From contig JAGZIY010000003.1 in the NCBI GenBank assembly GCA_018365995.1, positions 58,146 through 122,145 on the forward strand: 64,000 bases of DNA, in the 5' to 3' direction. This stretch comes from Butyricicoccus pullicaecorum. GTDB taxonomy: Bacteria; Bacillota; Clostridia; Oscillospirales; Butyricicoccaceae. The notes below the pieces were generated by a model that saw only the letters and a program-made list of their open reading frames with translations, was not told the origin of the DNA and searched no databases. Positions within the stretch are counted from its first letter, which is position 1, and every line of letters begins with the position of its first letter. The position numbers were made by a program, and so were the translations under genes. Below, piece by piece: positions 38,674 through 49,159 of the stretch.

Positions 38674-38702
38674 TTGACAATTGCCTGCAAAGCGTTTATC
38701 AT
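38674..38702 (+). promoter_or_regulatory. sigma-A promoter (TTGACA, 17 nt spacer, TATCAT) driving a roughly 170-nt leader
   Basis: TTGACA at 38674-38679, 17-nt spacer, TATCAT at 38697-38702. Confidence 0.6.
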
Positions 38703-38710
38703 GGAACTCA

Positions 38711-38860
38711 CATAAAAGGGAGTAGCTCACGCGAAGGCGTGAAGTGTTGTCCGTCAATACGACCTCATTTTTCGGTCCGGACCGCTTCGAAAGCAGCGAG
38801 ACTTTTATTGCATTTATTGGTTTTGTCGTGCAATAAAGGTCTTTTTGTTGCACGAATCGG
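38711..38860 (+). promoter_or_regulatory. structured 5' leader upstream of the CaCA antiporter gene; possible yybP-ykoY (Mn2+)-like riboswitch
   Basis: AAAAGGGAGUAGC at 38714-38726 resembles the conserved 5' block of the yybP-ykoY element. Several hairpins follow (UCACGCG/CGCGUGA, CGUGCAA...UUGCACG). Confidence 0.3.
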
Positions 38861-38876
38861 AAAGGAGCGTTTTTTT

Positions 38877-39809
38877 ATGTCACCAATTCTATCAATCATT
38901 TGTATTCTGGCAGGCTTTTTGCTGCTGGTAAAGGGGGCGGATTGGTTTGTCTCGGGCGCGTCGGGATTGGCACGCAGACTGGGCATACCGCCTTTGGTCA
39001 TCGGTCTTACGATTGTAGCGTTTGGCACTTCGGCACCCGAGCTTGCTGTAAGCGTTACAGCAGCTTTGCGCGGCGCAAATGAAATTGCGGTGGGCAATGT
39101 CATTGGTTCGAACTTATTTAATCTACTGGTTGTAGCAGGTGGAAGTGCGGTTTTGTGTCCGCTTGCAGCGGATCAGACACTGCTCAAACGAGATTGGCCC
39201 TGTTCTACATTTGCGGCTCTGCTGCTGACCGGAATGTTGATGCTGGATCATAACATTACGCGCATGGAATCCGTGGTTTTGCTGGTGCTGTTTGGCTTGA
39301 TGCTTACCTTACAGCTGCGCGGTGCAAAAACTGGAAAGGGTTCAGATGGTGCAGAGGAAGAACATCGTTCCGGTTGGGTGCTGGCAGTGCTGATCGTCAT
39401 TGGAATCGGCTGTATTGTGGCCGGCGGTGAATTTGCAGTGCGCGGTGCGACGGGTCTGGCACGTGCATTCGGTTTGAGTGAAAGCCTGATTGGACTGACT
39501 ATTGTCGCGGTTGGTACATCGCTGCCCGAACTTGTGACTTCAATCGTCGCAGCGCGGCGTGGAGAGAATGAAATTGCAATGGGGAATGTCATTGGCTCAA
39601 ATCTGTTTAATATTTTGTGTATTCTTGGTGTATCCGCTTTCCTCAATCCGATTACGGTGGCGCCCACTGCAATGATAGATGCCGCGCTTTTAACCATTGT
39701 TTCTGTTGTATTTTGGTTTGCGGCAAGACGCGGCACGCTGTCTCGCATGACAGGAAGCCTCATGGTATTCCTCTATGTGGCATATACAGGCTATTTGATT
39801 GTTCGGTAA
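38877..39809 (+). CDS. Ca2+/Na+ antiporter (CaCA family, YrbG-like)
   Basis: Two alpha-repeat signatures, GNVIGSNLFNLL and GNVIGSNLFNIL, about 10 TM helices. RBS AAAGGAG. Confidence 0.85.
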   Translation: MSPILSIICILAGFLLLVKGADWFVSGASGLARRLGIPPLVIGLTIVAFGTSAPELAVSVTAALRGANEIAVGNVIGSNLFNLLVVAGGSAVLCPLAADQTLLKRDWPCSTFAALLLTGMLMLDHNITRMESVVLLVLFGLMLTLQLRGAKTGKGSDGAEEEHRSGWVLAVLIVIGIGCIVAGGEFAVRGATGLARAFGLSESLIGLTIVAVGTSLPELVTSIVAARRGENEIAMGNVIGSNLFNILCILGVSAFLNPITVAPTAMIDAALLTIVSVVFWFAARRGTLSRMTGSLMVFLYVAYTGYLIVR

Positions 39810-39851
39810 ATCCACTAAATTTACAAAATATTCTTTTTGGATAGGCTGTCG

Positions 39852-39885
39852 TGTGGTATAATAGCCATAATAGCGACTATTATAC
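39852..39885. repeat. palindromic hairpin repeat, copy A (GTGGTATAATAG, 12-nt loop, CTATTATACC)
   Basis: 10-bp perfect inverted repeat. A near-identical copy lies 100 bp downstream, and partial copies (GGGATACCAC+T6, TGGTATAATAA) occur at about 40071 and 40146. Confidence 0.5.
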
Positions 39886-39953
39886 CGGATATTTCACGAG
39901 GATACCACCAGCGGTGCGTAATACGGTGAGAGTGATTTTTTGTTTCATGCCGA

Positions 39954-39996
39954 TGTGGTATAGTAGCTGTAAACGGACTATTATACCACACTTTTT
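39954..39996 (+). terminator. palindromic hairpin repeat copy B, acting as the intrinsic terminator after the antiporter gene
   Basis: GTGGTATAGTAG, 11-nt loop, CTATTATACCAC (12-bp stem with one G-U pair) followed by TTTTTTG. Confidence 0.6.
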
Positions 39997-40228
39997 TGCG
40001 GATGAAATACAGGAAATCAAGATAGAGTGCTCTGTGAATTGATTTGTCTTTGGGTAGAATCACAAATGTATGGATGGGATACCACTTTTTTCTATCTGCA
40101 ATCCGAACAAAATAAGAGGTTCTGACTTTTCAGATAGCAGGATATTATGGTATAATAATCAGTGGCATATTTCATTGATGACTACGCCGCCTGTGTGCGG
40201 CAAAGAATAAAGGAAGGCTTTTAGAACT

Positions 40229-42976
40229 ATGGCAGGATTACTTGAAAAAATTTTCGGTACCCACTCAAGCCATGAGCTGAAAAAGATCTATCCCATTGCG
40301 GATCAGGTCATGGCGCTTGAAGATGAGTACCGTGCGCTTTCGGAGGAGCAGCTCCGCGGCAAAACCGCAGAGTTTAAGGAGAGATACCAGAATGGGGAGA
40401 GTCTCGACAAGCTTCTGCCAGAGGCATTTGCAACTATGCGTGAGGCAGCTGACCGTGTGCTCGGTATGCGTCACTATCGTGTGCAGATTATTGGCGGTAT
40501 CGTTCTGCATCAGGGACGCATCGCGGAAATGAAAACTGGTGAAGGTAAAACATTGATGGCAACGCTGCCGGCTTATCTCAATGCACTAACTGGAAAGGGC
40601 GTACACATTGTAACGGTGAACGACTATCTGGCAAAGCGTGACTCGGAATGGATGGGCAAGGTATACCGTTATCTTGGACTGTCCACAGGTCTTGTCATTC
40701 ATGCGGTGCAGCCGCAGGACCGTCAGGCAATGTATCAGGCAGATATCACCTATGGAACCAATAACGAGTTTGGATTCGATTATCTGCGTGATAATATGGC
40801 AATCTATATGAATCAGCGTGTGCAGCGCGGGCATGCGTTTGCAATCGTCGATGAGGTCGATTCGATCTTGATTGATGAAGCACGTACACCGCTGATTATT
40901 TCCGGTCAGGGCGAGGAGTCCACCGCGATGTATCAGCTGGCAGATCGCTTTGCAAAGACCCTGCGCGTACTGCGTGTAAAGGAAGTCGATGCAAAGGAAG
41001 AACAGGACGATATTGAGGCAGATTATATTGTCGATGAAAAGGCGCGCACTGCGACCCTGACTCCAAAGGGACAGGAGCGTGCAGAGGCATATTTTCATGT
41101 AGACAACCTGTCTGACCCAGAAAACACCACACTCATGCACCATATCAATCAGGCGATCAAGGCATATGGTGTCATGCAGCGTGATGTGGATTACGTGGTA
41201 CGAGATGGAGAAATCATCATTGTAGATGAATTTACTGGGCGTTTGATGTTTGGTCGCCGCTATAATGAAGGTCTGCATCAGGCAATCGAGGCAAAGGAAG
41301 GCGTTAAGGTTCAGAATGAGTCTAAGACGCTTGCGACGATTACCTTCCAGAATTTCTTCCGACTTTATGGAAAGCTGTCTGGCATGACAGGCACAGCACT
41401 GACCGAGGAGGAAGAATTCCGCTCGATTTACAAACTGGACGTTATTGAAATCCCAACCAATCGTCCGGTTCTTCGCAAGGATAATCCAGACTCCGTTTAT
41501 AAGAATGAACGTGGTAAGATGATTGCGACGATTCGACGAATTGAGGAGTGTCATAAGAAGGGACAGCCAATTCTGGTTGGTACCGTGTCAATTGAGAAGT
41601 CTGAGGAACTGTCTGCAATGCTCAAAAAGAGCGGGATCAAGCATACCGTGCTGAATGCAAAGTACCACGAGCAGGAAGCAGAAATCGTTGCACAGGCAGG
41701 CAAGCCGTATGCAGTTACGATTGCAACCAATATGGCGGGTCGTGGTACCGATATTAAGCTTGGCGGCAACGATGAGCAGATGGCAGTGGCAACACTTAAA
41801 AAGGAAGGCTATTCCGACGAATTGATCGCAGAGGCAACCGGCTATGCGGATACCGATAATGAGGAGATCCTTGCAGCACGTGCACGCTATAAGGAGTTGT
41901 TGGACGAATATAGCGAGCAGGTAAAGAAAGACGCGGAAATCGTCCGCGCCGCAGGTGGTCTGTACATTCTGGGTACAGAGCGTCATGAATCCCGCCGCAT
42001 TGATAACCAGCTGCGCGGTCGTGCAGGCCGTCAGGGTGACCCGGGTGAATCATCCTTCTATATTTCCATGGAGGATGACCTCATGCGTCTGTTTGTTCCC
42101 GAGCGTATCCAAAATATGATGGAGAGTATGGGCATTGCAGATGATGAGCCCATCGATCAGAAAATCCTGTCTGGTGCAATCGAAAATGCACAGAAGAAGC
42201 TTGAAGGACGTAACTTCTCCGTGCGTAAGCATGTCCTTGAGTATGATGATGTGATGAATACCCAGCGTGAGACGATTTATTCTCAGCGCTTAAAGGTACT
42301 TTCTGGTGAGGATGTCAGCAGCAATATCCTGTCTATGATTGATACAACCATTGAAAACACAGTCCATTCTGTAGTGGGTGAGCATCAGATTTTGACACAG
42401 GAAATGATTGGTACGGTTCGCAGCCATTTTATGGGGATTTTCCTGCATCCGGAGGATTGTGTCTTTACCGACGAGGAACTTGATGATTTGCAGCCCGAGG
42501 GTCTTATCAATGAACTCAAGGATCAGGCACATAAGGTTTACAAGCAGAAGGAGGAAGCGGTTGGCTCCTCTATCATGCGTGAGCTGGAGCGCGTGATCTT
42601 GCTGCGCAATGTTGATTCCAAGTGGATGGAGCATATTGATGCAATGACCGAACTGCGAAACGGGATTGGTCTGCGTGCTTATGGTCAGCATGACCCGGTC
42701 ATTGAGTATAAGCGCGAAGGCTTTGATATGTTTGATGCAATGGTAGACTCTATTCGTGAGGATACCGTGCGCATGATCTTCCTTGCACAGGTTCGCCGTC
42801 AGGAGGAACCCAAGCGTGAGCAGGTAGCACATGAAACAGGTGCAATCGGTGCAGATGATGGCAGCGAGGTAAAGCCGGAGCCGCGTCATGTAGAGAAGAA
42901 AGTTGGACGGAATGATCCCTGTCCGTGCGGCAGTGGTCTCAAGTACAAAAAGTGCTGCGGAAAAGATGCCGAGTGA
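40229..42976 (+). CDS. secA: preprotein translocase subunit SecA
   Basis: 915 aa. DEAD-like motor motifs ([28 protein letters not shown]) and the C-terminal Zn finger [14 protein letters not shown]. Confidence 0.95.
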   Translation: MAGLLEKIFGTHSSHELKKIYPIADQVMALEDEYRALSEEQLRGKTAEFKERYQNGESLDKLLPEAFATMREAADRVLGMRHYRVQIIGGIVLHQGRIAEMKTGEGKTLMATLPAYLNALTGKGVHIVTVNDYLAKRDSEWMGKVYRYLGLSTGLVIHAVQPQDRQAMYQADITYGTNNEFGFDYLRDNMAIYMNQRVQRGHAFAIVDEVDSILIDEARTPLIISGQGEESTAMYQLADRFAKTLRVLRVKEVDAKEEQDDIEADYIVDEKARTATLTPKGQERAEAYFHVDNLSDPENTTLMHHINQAIKAYGVMQRDVDYVVRDGEIIIVDEFTGRLMFGRRYNEGLHQAIEAKEGVKVQNESKTLATITFQNFFRLYGKLSGMTGTALTEEEEFRSIYKLDVIEIPTNRPVLRKDNPDSVYKNERGKMIATIRRIEECHKKGQPILVGTVSIEKSEELSAMLKKSGIKHTVLNAKYHEQEAEIVAQAGKPYAVTIATNMAGRGTDIKLGGNDEQMAVATLKKEGYSDELIAEATGYADTDNEEILAARARYKELLDEYSEQVKKDAEIVRAAGGLYILGTERHESRRIDNQLRGRAGRQGDPGESSFYISMEDDLMRLFVPERIQNMMESMGIADDEPIDQKILSGAIENAQKKLEGRNFSVRKHVLEYDDVMNTQRETIYSQRLKVLSGEDVSSNILSMIDTTIENTVHSVVGEHQILTQEMIGTVRSHFMGIFLHPEDCVFTDEELDDLQPEGLINELKDQAHKVYKQKEEAVGSSIMRELERVILLRNVDSKWMEHIDAMTELRNGIGLRAYGQHDPVIEYKREGFDMFDAMVDSIREDTVRMIFLAQVRRQEEPKREQVAHETGAIGADDGSEVKPEPRHVEKKVGRNDPCPCGSGLKYKKCCGKDAE

Positions 42977-43090
42977 TAAATATTCTCATACTATACAATA
43001 AATGTTGGAAATACAACGGACAAGTCGTTGGGAATATGATATTGTATGAAACAGAATGTAATAGAATGAGAAAAAAGGAGAGAGAAATTC

Positions 43091-44209
43091 ATGTCAGCGA
43101 TTAAAATTCGTGACAACATCTATGCGGTAGGAGCACGCGATCCAGAGGTTCGTATTTTTCATGGATATGCAACACCATTTGGTGCAACATATAACGCATA
43201 TTTGGTTTTAGATGGGGACAAGCGTATCCTAATTGATAATGTAAAGGAATCATTTACTGAGGAGTTTTTCAAGAATATTGAAGAGATCTGTCCAGTAGAA
43301 TCTTTGGATATTCTGATTCAGAACCACATTGAGCCAGATCATTCCGGATCTTTTCCCGCGCTTCTCAAGCGTTGTCCGAATATTGAGGTTTACTGTACCG
43401 CTGGAGCACAAAAGGGGCTGAAAGCCTATTATGGTTGGAACGGCAGTTGTCATCTGGTAAAGGCGGGAGAAATCCTGCAAACTGGGGCATATCATTTTGA
43501 ATTTATGCCAACTCCGATGGTACACTGGCCGGACTCTATGCTCACTTATCTGACAGAAGAAAAAATCCTTTTCTCCAATGACGCTTTTGGTCAGCATATT
43601 TGTCCGCCGGTGGCTTATGATGATGAACTGGGCGAAGAACGTCTCTTTGAGCGGGCAATAGACTATTATGGAAATATTGTATTGCCGTTTGGTATGCAGG
43701 TCAGCAATCTGCTTAAGGCAGCGGCTGCATGGGAGATTACGCTCATTTGTCCTTCTCATGGCGTGATGATTCGCAAGTATATTACAGAAATGATTGACTG
43801 CTATGCAAAATGGGCAAAGAATGAAACCGATCCCGATAAGGTCGTTATGGTCTATGACTCTATGTGGGGCTCTACCGAAGAAATGACGCGCGAGATATGT
43901 TCTGAATTTGAGGCAGAGGGCAAGCATGTGCATGTGCATTGTCTGCGCGACGAGCATTATTCGGCAATCATGGGCGATATCGTAGAAGCAAAGACGATTT
44001 GCATTGGTGCTTCTACGCTCAATAATACCATGATGCCAACTGTGGCTGCATTTTTGACCTATATGAAGGGTTTGAAGCCAAAGGGACGTATCGGGCTTGC
44101 CTATGGCTCTTATGGCTGGAGCGGTGAGGCAACGAAAGAAGTTTCTGAGATTATGGAAAAGCTTGGCTGGGAAGTGTTGCCAATTCGCAAGCAACTTTAT
44201 CGTGGTTAA
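43091..44209 (+). CDS. flavodiiron protein paralogue (A-type flavoprotein)
   Basis: HIEPDHSG di-iron motif, lactamase-like core and a flavodoxin-like C-terminal domain. It is a paralogue of the gene at 27015, at roughly 35-40% identity by eye. Confidence 0.8.
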   Translation: MSAIKIRDNIYAVGARDPEVRIFHGYATPFGATYNAYLVLDGDKRILIDNVKESFTEEFFKNIEEICPVESLDILIQNHIEPDHSGSFPALLKRCPNIEVYCTAGAQKGLKAYYGWNGSCHLVKAGEILQTGAYHFEFMPTPMVHWPDSMLTYLTEEKILFSNDAFGQHICPPVAYDDELGEERLFERAIDYYGNIVLPFGMQVSNLLKAAAAWEITLICPSHGVMIRKYITEMIDCYAKWAKNETDPDKVVMVYDSMWGSTEEMTREICSEFEAEGKHVHVHCLRDEHYSAIMGDIVEAKTICIGASTLNNTMMPTVAAFLTYMKGLKPKGRIGLAYGSYGWSGEATKEVSEIMEKLGWEVLPIRKQLYRG

Positions 44210-44248
44210 GCGTTCAGCTTTTGTGTTTCACACAAATCAAGGAAATCA

Positions 44249-44279
44249 GCGCGTACCGAAAAAGCGGTACGCGCTTTTC
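44249..44279 (+). terminator. intrinsic terminator
   Basis: GCGCGTACCG, loop AAAAAG, CGGTACGCGC, then TTTT. Confidence 0.75.
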
Positions 44280-44302
44280 CGTGCTTTGAGGAGAGAAGAG
44301 CA

Positions 44303-44875
44303 ATGCAAATGGAATGGGTCTTTATGGGAGCAGTTGCCGTTACTGCCGTGATTCTGGTTTTGGTCATTCGCCGCACTGTGCGCATGTGCGCAAAGACAAT
44401 TTTTGCACAAACAGAGGAACCAACGCCAGAGGAGGTGAAAGCCTCACAGACTCCACAGGCTTTGCCGGAGGGGGTCGGCATGCTGCCGGAGGAATTGGTG
44501 CGCGCGGAGATTGAACAGGCGGGGCAGAAAGCGGTACTGCTTTGGGTGCAGGCAGTAAACGGCCGCAATCCGGCTTTGTTAGACGGGACGGGGTTACAAG
44601 GGGCATTTGCCGCCTTGCAGGAGAGACAAGTCGTACGGGAAGAGCGTGAGCGATTTGAGCAGCCAAAGGTGCATCAAAGTGTCATTTCTGAGATAGATCC
44701 CTTGCACACAAGGCTCGTTGTATGTGTCAGCGCACAGGCGGTTCATTATACTGCAAGTCGGGGACAGCTCATTCGCGGACGAGAAGATTTACCAGAGCAG
44801 ATGCTTTGGCAGCTGGTCTGTGAGAATTACAGGGAGCAGCCATTGCAGTTTCAGCAGATCGTACAGATAAAATAA
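44303..44875 (+). CDS. membrane-anchored hypothetical protein (single N-terminal TM; Tim44-like/SnoaL-like C-terminal domain possible)
   Basis: N-terminal helix FMGAVAVTAVILVLVI, Pro/Glu-rich linker and a soluble C-terminal domain of about 120 aa. Confidence 0.45.
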   Translation: MQMEWVFMGAVAVTAVILVLVIRRTVRMCAKTIFAQTEEPTPEEVKASQTPQALPEGVGMLPEELVRAEIEQAGQKAVLLWVQAVNGRNPALLDGTGLQGAFAALQERQVVREERERFEQPKVHQSVISEIDPLHTRLVVCVSAQAVHYTASRGQLIRGREDLPEQMLWQLVCENYREQPLQFQQIVQIK

Positions 44876-44895
44876 ATTTTTGGGGGATACAATAT

Positions 44896-45681
44896 ATGGA
44901 GCTGATTGCGCAGTATGGACATATTTGGCTGGTGGTTTTACCGCTTGTCTTTTTGGGGGCAGTTGTCGATTCCATTGCGGGTGGAGGTGGACTCATTTCT
45001 CTGCCTGCTTATATGATGGTACTGCCGCCGCACATTGCGGCGGCAACCAATAAATTTGCGGCGAGCTTTGGTACGCTGTCATCGCTTGTACGGTTTTTAA
45101 AATCTGGCAAGGTGCATTTGAGGGTCAGTTTAATTGCTGCGCTGGGGGCTTTGATTGGTTCTCCGATTGGTGCACAGATCCAGCTATTCCTTCCAGAGGA
45201 TTGGCTCAACTGGCTTTTGTTGGCGTTGTTACCCTGTGTTGCGGTTTTTTTGATGGTACGACGCGATTTTGGAGCAGATGATGGACAAACGGATTTTACA
45301 TGCACGACAAAGGCAGCTATACAGGCATTTGGAATTGGCTTGCTGATTGGAGGATATGATGGACTGATTGGTCCGGGTACGGGAACCTTTCTGATTCTTG
45401 CCTTTTGTTCCTTTATGAAATTTCCGTTGCTGCTGGCTTCCGGCAGTGCAAAGGTCGTAAACTTTGCGTCCAATATCGCGGCGCTGGTTGTGTACTTACT
45501 GCATGGACAAGTACTGTTTGCGGTTGGAATTCCAGCCATGCTCTGTGCGATTTTGGGGTATCAGGTGGGTGCTCATATGGCTCTGCGCGGCGGCGCAAGA
45601 GTGGTACGGGGACTGATTTTTGTAGTTCTCGGCATTTTACTTGTCAAAACAGGCTATACCGTACTGATGCCAGCTGTATAG
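44896..45681 (+). CDS. TauE/SafE (TSUP) family transporter, full-length two-repeat form
   Basis: 261 aa with eight TM helices. GGGGLISLP appears in repeat 1 and a GPGTG-type motif in repeat 2. Confidence 0.8.
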   Translation: MELIAQYGHIWLVVLPLVFLGAVVDSIAGGGGLISLPAYMMVLPPHIAAATNKFAASFGTLSSLVRFLKSGKVHLRVSLIAALGALIGSPIGAQIQLFLPEDWLNWLLLALLPCVAVFLMVRRDFGADDGQTDFTCTTKAAIQAFGIGLLIGGYDGLIGPGTGTFLILAFCSFMKFPLLLASGSAKVVNFASNIAALVVYLLHGQVLFAVGIPAMLCAILGYQVGAHMALRGGARVVRGLIFVVLGILLVKTGYTVLMPAV

Positions 45682-45834
45682 AGGTGGGGTTCCTGTTTTT
45701 ATAAAAGTAAAATTTTTGTTTTTGCAAAAGTATTTCAGGGAAAACCTTGTACATTACGTGAATATCATTGCATTTTATAGCGAATCCTGCTATAATCCTT
45801 TTTAGATGAAAACCGTTTTCGGAGGAAGATACGT

Positions 45835-46938
45835 ATGAAATTAGGCATTGTAGGTCTGCCAAATGTAGGTAAATCGACTTTATTTAACGCCATTACCAAT
45901 GCAGGTGCTGAGAGCGCAAATTATCCATTTTGCACCATTGATCCCAATGTGGGTATGGTTGCTGTTCCAGATTATCGTTTACAGCCGCTGACCGATCTCT
46001 ATCATGCCAAAAAGACAACCCCAGCTGTAGTTGAATTTGTAGATATTGCAGGTCTTGTGCGCGGTGCTTCCAAGGGGGAGGGCCTGGGGAATAAGTTCCT
46101 GTCGCATATTCGTGAGGTCGATGCAATCGTACATGTAGTTCGCTGCTTTGAAAATGAGAATATTGTGCATGTAGATGGCTCGGTTGACCCTGCACGCGAT
46201 ATTGAGACTATCAATCTGGAATTGATCCTTTCCGATATCGAGCATATCGATCGCAGACTCGACCGCACCCGCAAGGCGGCAAAGGCGGATAAGAAGCTTG
46301 CAGCAGACGTACAGATTTTGGAAGAACTCAAGGCACATCTTGAGGAAGGAAAGACTGCACGTACTTTCTCCGGTTTTTTGGACGATGATGATGTACGCCG
46401 CGTGCTGAATGAGTCGGATCTGCTCACTGCAAAGAAGGTTATTTATGCCGCCAATATGGATGAAGCTGGATTTACAGGAGATAAGGCGGAAAATGCACGT
46501 CTCAGCGCTGTACAGAAGATTGCAGAGGATGAAGGTGCAATGGTTCTTCCGATTTGTGCAAAGCTGGAGGAGGATATCACCAGTCTGGAGCCGGAAGAAA
46601 AGGAAATGTTTCTGTCTGATTTGGGATTGGAGGAATCTGGTCTCGATCGCCTGATTCGGGTATGTTATGATCTTTTGGGGCTGATGAGCTATCTGACTGC
46701 TGGAGAGCAGGAGGTTCGTGCATGGACGATTGAAAAGGGAACCAAGGCACCGCAGGCAGCAGGAAAGATTCATACGGACTTTGAACGCGGATTTATTCGT
46801 GCAGAGGTCGTTTCCTATGACGATTTAATGGCATGCGGCTCACTGGCAGCAGCGCGAGAGAAGGGGCTTGTTCGTTCTGAGGGTAAGGAGTACGTCATGC
46901 AAGATGGCGACGTTGTTTTGTTCCGCTTTAATGTGTAA
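45835..46938 (+). CDS. ychF: redox-regulated ribosome-binding ATPase YchF
   Basis: [20 protein letters not shown]1 motif, TGS domain, 367 aa. Confidence 0.95.
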   Translation: MKLGIVGLPNVGKSTLFNAITNAGAESANYPFCTIDPNVGMVAVPDYRLQPLTDLYHAKKTTPAVVEFVDIAGLVRGASKGEGLGNKFLSHIREVDAIVHVVRCFENENIVHVDGSVDPARDIETINLELILSDIEHIDRRLDRTRKAAKADKKLAADVQILEELKAHLEEGKTARTFSGFLDDDDVRRVLNESDLLTAKKVIYAANMDEAGFTGDKAENARLSAVQKIAEDEGAMVLPICAKLEEDITSLEPEEKEMFLSDLGLEESGLDRLIRVCYDLLGLMSYLTAGEQEVRAWTIEKGTKAPQAAGKIHTDFERGFIRAEVVSYDDLMACGSLAAAREKGLVRSEGKEYVMQDGDVVLFRFNV

Positions 46939-46953
46939 GCGGCAATCTATTTT

Positions 46954-46979
46954 GGGGGCGTGCAAGCGTCCCCTTTTTA
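46954..46979 (+). terminator. intrinsic terminator after ychF
   Basis: GGGGGCG...CGTCCCC stem followed by TTTTT. Confidence 0.65.
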
Positions 46980-47041
46980 GAAGGTACGATGGCTGTTTTA
47001 ATTTGCAGCTGCGTCGAATAGAATACAGATATCCATGATTT

Positions 47042-49132
47042 ATGAATGGGGGAGAGATGCAACGTATGGATGGACATAACAAAGATATATCTGTTGATGA
47101 TATTTTGAATGAATATGCACAAATGGCAGGGAATCAAAGACCGCCGCAAAAGCCGCATACGACCATAGAACCTAGTGGAGATCAGGTGTGGAGACCGGAG
47201 TCACATGGACCGCAGCAGGAGTCACTGAGACATGTAGACCCACAGCCCGTCATGCAGTCATCCGGAAAAAGAAATGCACAGTCTGCTGGACAGCGTGGAG
47301 CAAAGGGAGCTGCACAAGCTGCGGCGAAGAAAAAATCGCAGCCTGCTGTGCCATCCGGTGGAAAAAATAAGAAGTCTGGCAAATCAGGTGACCAGAAAAA
47401 AAAGAAGAAAACTGGAATGATTGTGCTTGCAGTATTGCTGGCACTCGCTGGAGTGAGTGCAGGCGGCGTGCTCGGATATACCTATCTTACAAATACGATT
47501 TTTTATGGTGTCACGGCAGGTTCTGTTGAGGTTGGTGGACTGACTCTTGCACAAGCTGCCGAGAAAATAAAGCGGGAAGCTGAGCCGATGGTAGAAAATG
47601 GAATCATTCCGGTGCAAATCCATGATAAGCAGTATGAAATTGCGATTCGTGATGTCACAGGTGGATTAGATGCACTAGAAAGTGCACAGGCAGCCTTTGA
47701 GGTAGGGCATACAGGCAATGTCATAGAGCGTGTGCAGGAAACTGTGACAGCGCTTTTTGGCGGTCAGGAGAGTAAGCTGGTTATCAAACTTGACGAGGCA
47801 GGGCTTCAGGCAAAGCTCGATGCCATTGCAGCGGAGGCGTTGACACAACCTCAGCCGGAAACATGGGAACTGCAGGGCAGCAATCTGATTTTGACCATGC
47901 CGAAGCCGGGAGTCAGCTTTGACCGCAATCAGGTACAAAATGCAATTGTAGATAAAATTACAAAGACCATGGACTTTACACCTTATGTTGTAGAAACACA
48001 GCTGACAGAGCCGGCACCGCTGGACGTTGCAGCGCTCAAGCAAAAGGTAGATCGCCCAGCAGTCAATGCCATTGTAGATAAGACCGATGGAAAGACCATT
48101 ATTCCCGAACAAAATGGAATCGTAATGGACGTTGCACAGGCACAGGCGGTGATTGGAGACGGCAGTGCGGAACAGTATACCATTCCGGTTACTGTCACAC
48201 CGGCAAAGGTGACGAAAGAGGTTTTGGATCGTGCCCTGTTCCGCGATGTCTTGGCAAGTACTTCTACCACGCTCAATACAGGGAATACACAGAGAACCAA
48301 TAATGTAACACTGGCTGCAAAGTATATGAATGGCACAATTTTGAATCCGGGAGAGGAGTTCTCTTATAATGATGTTGTGGGAGCGCGTACACCCGAACGT
48401 GGATTCAAGTCCGCAGGTGCGTATGCAAATGGCAAACTGATTGATGAAGTGGGTGGAGGCGTGTGTCAGCCATCTTCGACTTTGTATATGGCTGTTTTGC
48501 GTGCTGACCTTGAGGTCACAGAGCGTACTAACCATTCGCTTACGGTTGCCTATACGCCACTTGGACAGGATGCGACGGTGAGTTATGGCAGTTTGGACTT
48601 TAAGTTCAAGAATAATACAGATTATCCCATTAAGATTGTAGCTGTCCGCGAAGGCAGTGAGATGAAAACCAAGATTTTGGGTACAAAGGTAGATGATAAG
48701 ACCGTAAAGCTAGAAACCGAAATTTTGGAGACATTGACGCCAACAACGGTCGAAAAGAAAGATGCTTCTCTGGAGCCGGGCACCAAAAAGGTCGATCAAA
48801 CCGCTGCAACTGGATATAAGACGGTGACTTATAAGTATGTAACGGTTAATGGAGAAACCAAAAAAGAGGTTGCGAATCATTCCAGTTATAGAAAGCGTGA
48901 CAAGGTTGTGCTGGTGGGACCGGATAAAACCAAACCGCCAGTGGCGCCATCAGATCCCAATGCGTCCACGAATCCGTCAACAGATCCAACGACACCACAG
49001 GGGGGCGGGACAACACAGCCACCCTCCAATGGTGCTGCAAATGGCAGCACCACAACGGGTGGTGCCGTTACGCCGCCAGAGTCATCTGGTTCAGCAGAGC
49101 AGCCCGAGGCTGTACCGCCGCCGGAAATTTGA
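47042..49132 (+). CDS. VanW-family protein with an N-terminal Lys-rich low-complexity region, TM anchor, VanW domain, G5 domain and Pro/Thr-rich tail
   Basis: The VanW core GGGVCQPSSTLY is present. A G5-like block (GYKTVTYKYVTVNGETKKE) follows. The C-terminus is PT-rich low complexity. Confidence 0.8.
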   Translation: MNGGEMQRMDGHNKDISVDDILNEYAQMAGNQRPPQKPHTTIEPSGDQVWRPESHGPQQESLRHVDPQPVMQSSGKRNAQSAGQRGAKGAAQAAAKKKSQPAVPSGGKNKKSGKSGDQKKKKKTGMIVLAVLLALAGVSAGGVLGYTYLTNTIFYGVTAGSVEVGGLTLAQAAEKIKREAEPMVENGIIPVQIHDKQYEIAIRDVTGGLDALESAQAAFEVGHTGNVIERVQETVTALFGGQESKLVIKLDEAGLQAKLDAIAAEALTQPQPETWELQGSNLILTMPKPGVSFDRNQVQNAIVDKITKTMDFTPYVVETQLTEPAPLDVAALKQKVDRPAVNAIVDKTDGKTIIPEQNGIVMDVAQAQAVIGDGSAEQYTIPVTVTPAKVTKEVLDRALFRDVLASTSTTLNTGNTQRTNNVTLAAKYMNGTILNPGEEFSYNDVVGARTPERGFKSAGAYANGKLIDEVGGGVCQPSSTLYMAVLRADLEVTERTNHSLTVAYTPLGQDATVSYGSLDFKFKNNTDYPIKIVAVREGSEMKTKILGTKVDDKTVKLETEILETLTPTTVEKKDASLEPGTKKVDQTAATGYKTVTYKYVTVNGETKKEVANHSSYRKRDKVVLVGPDKTKPPVAPSDPNASTNPSTDPTTPQGGGTTQPPSNGAANGSTTTGGAVTPPESSGSAEQPEAVPPPEI

Positions 49133-49159
49133 GCACTCTGAGAAAGGAAGAAATAAAGT

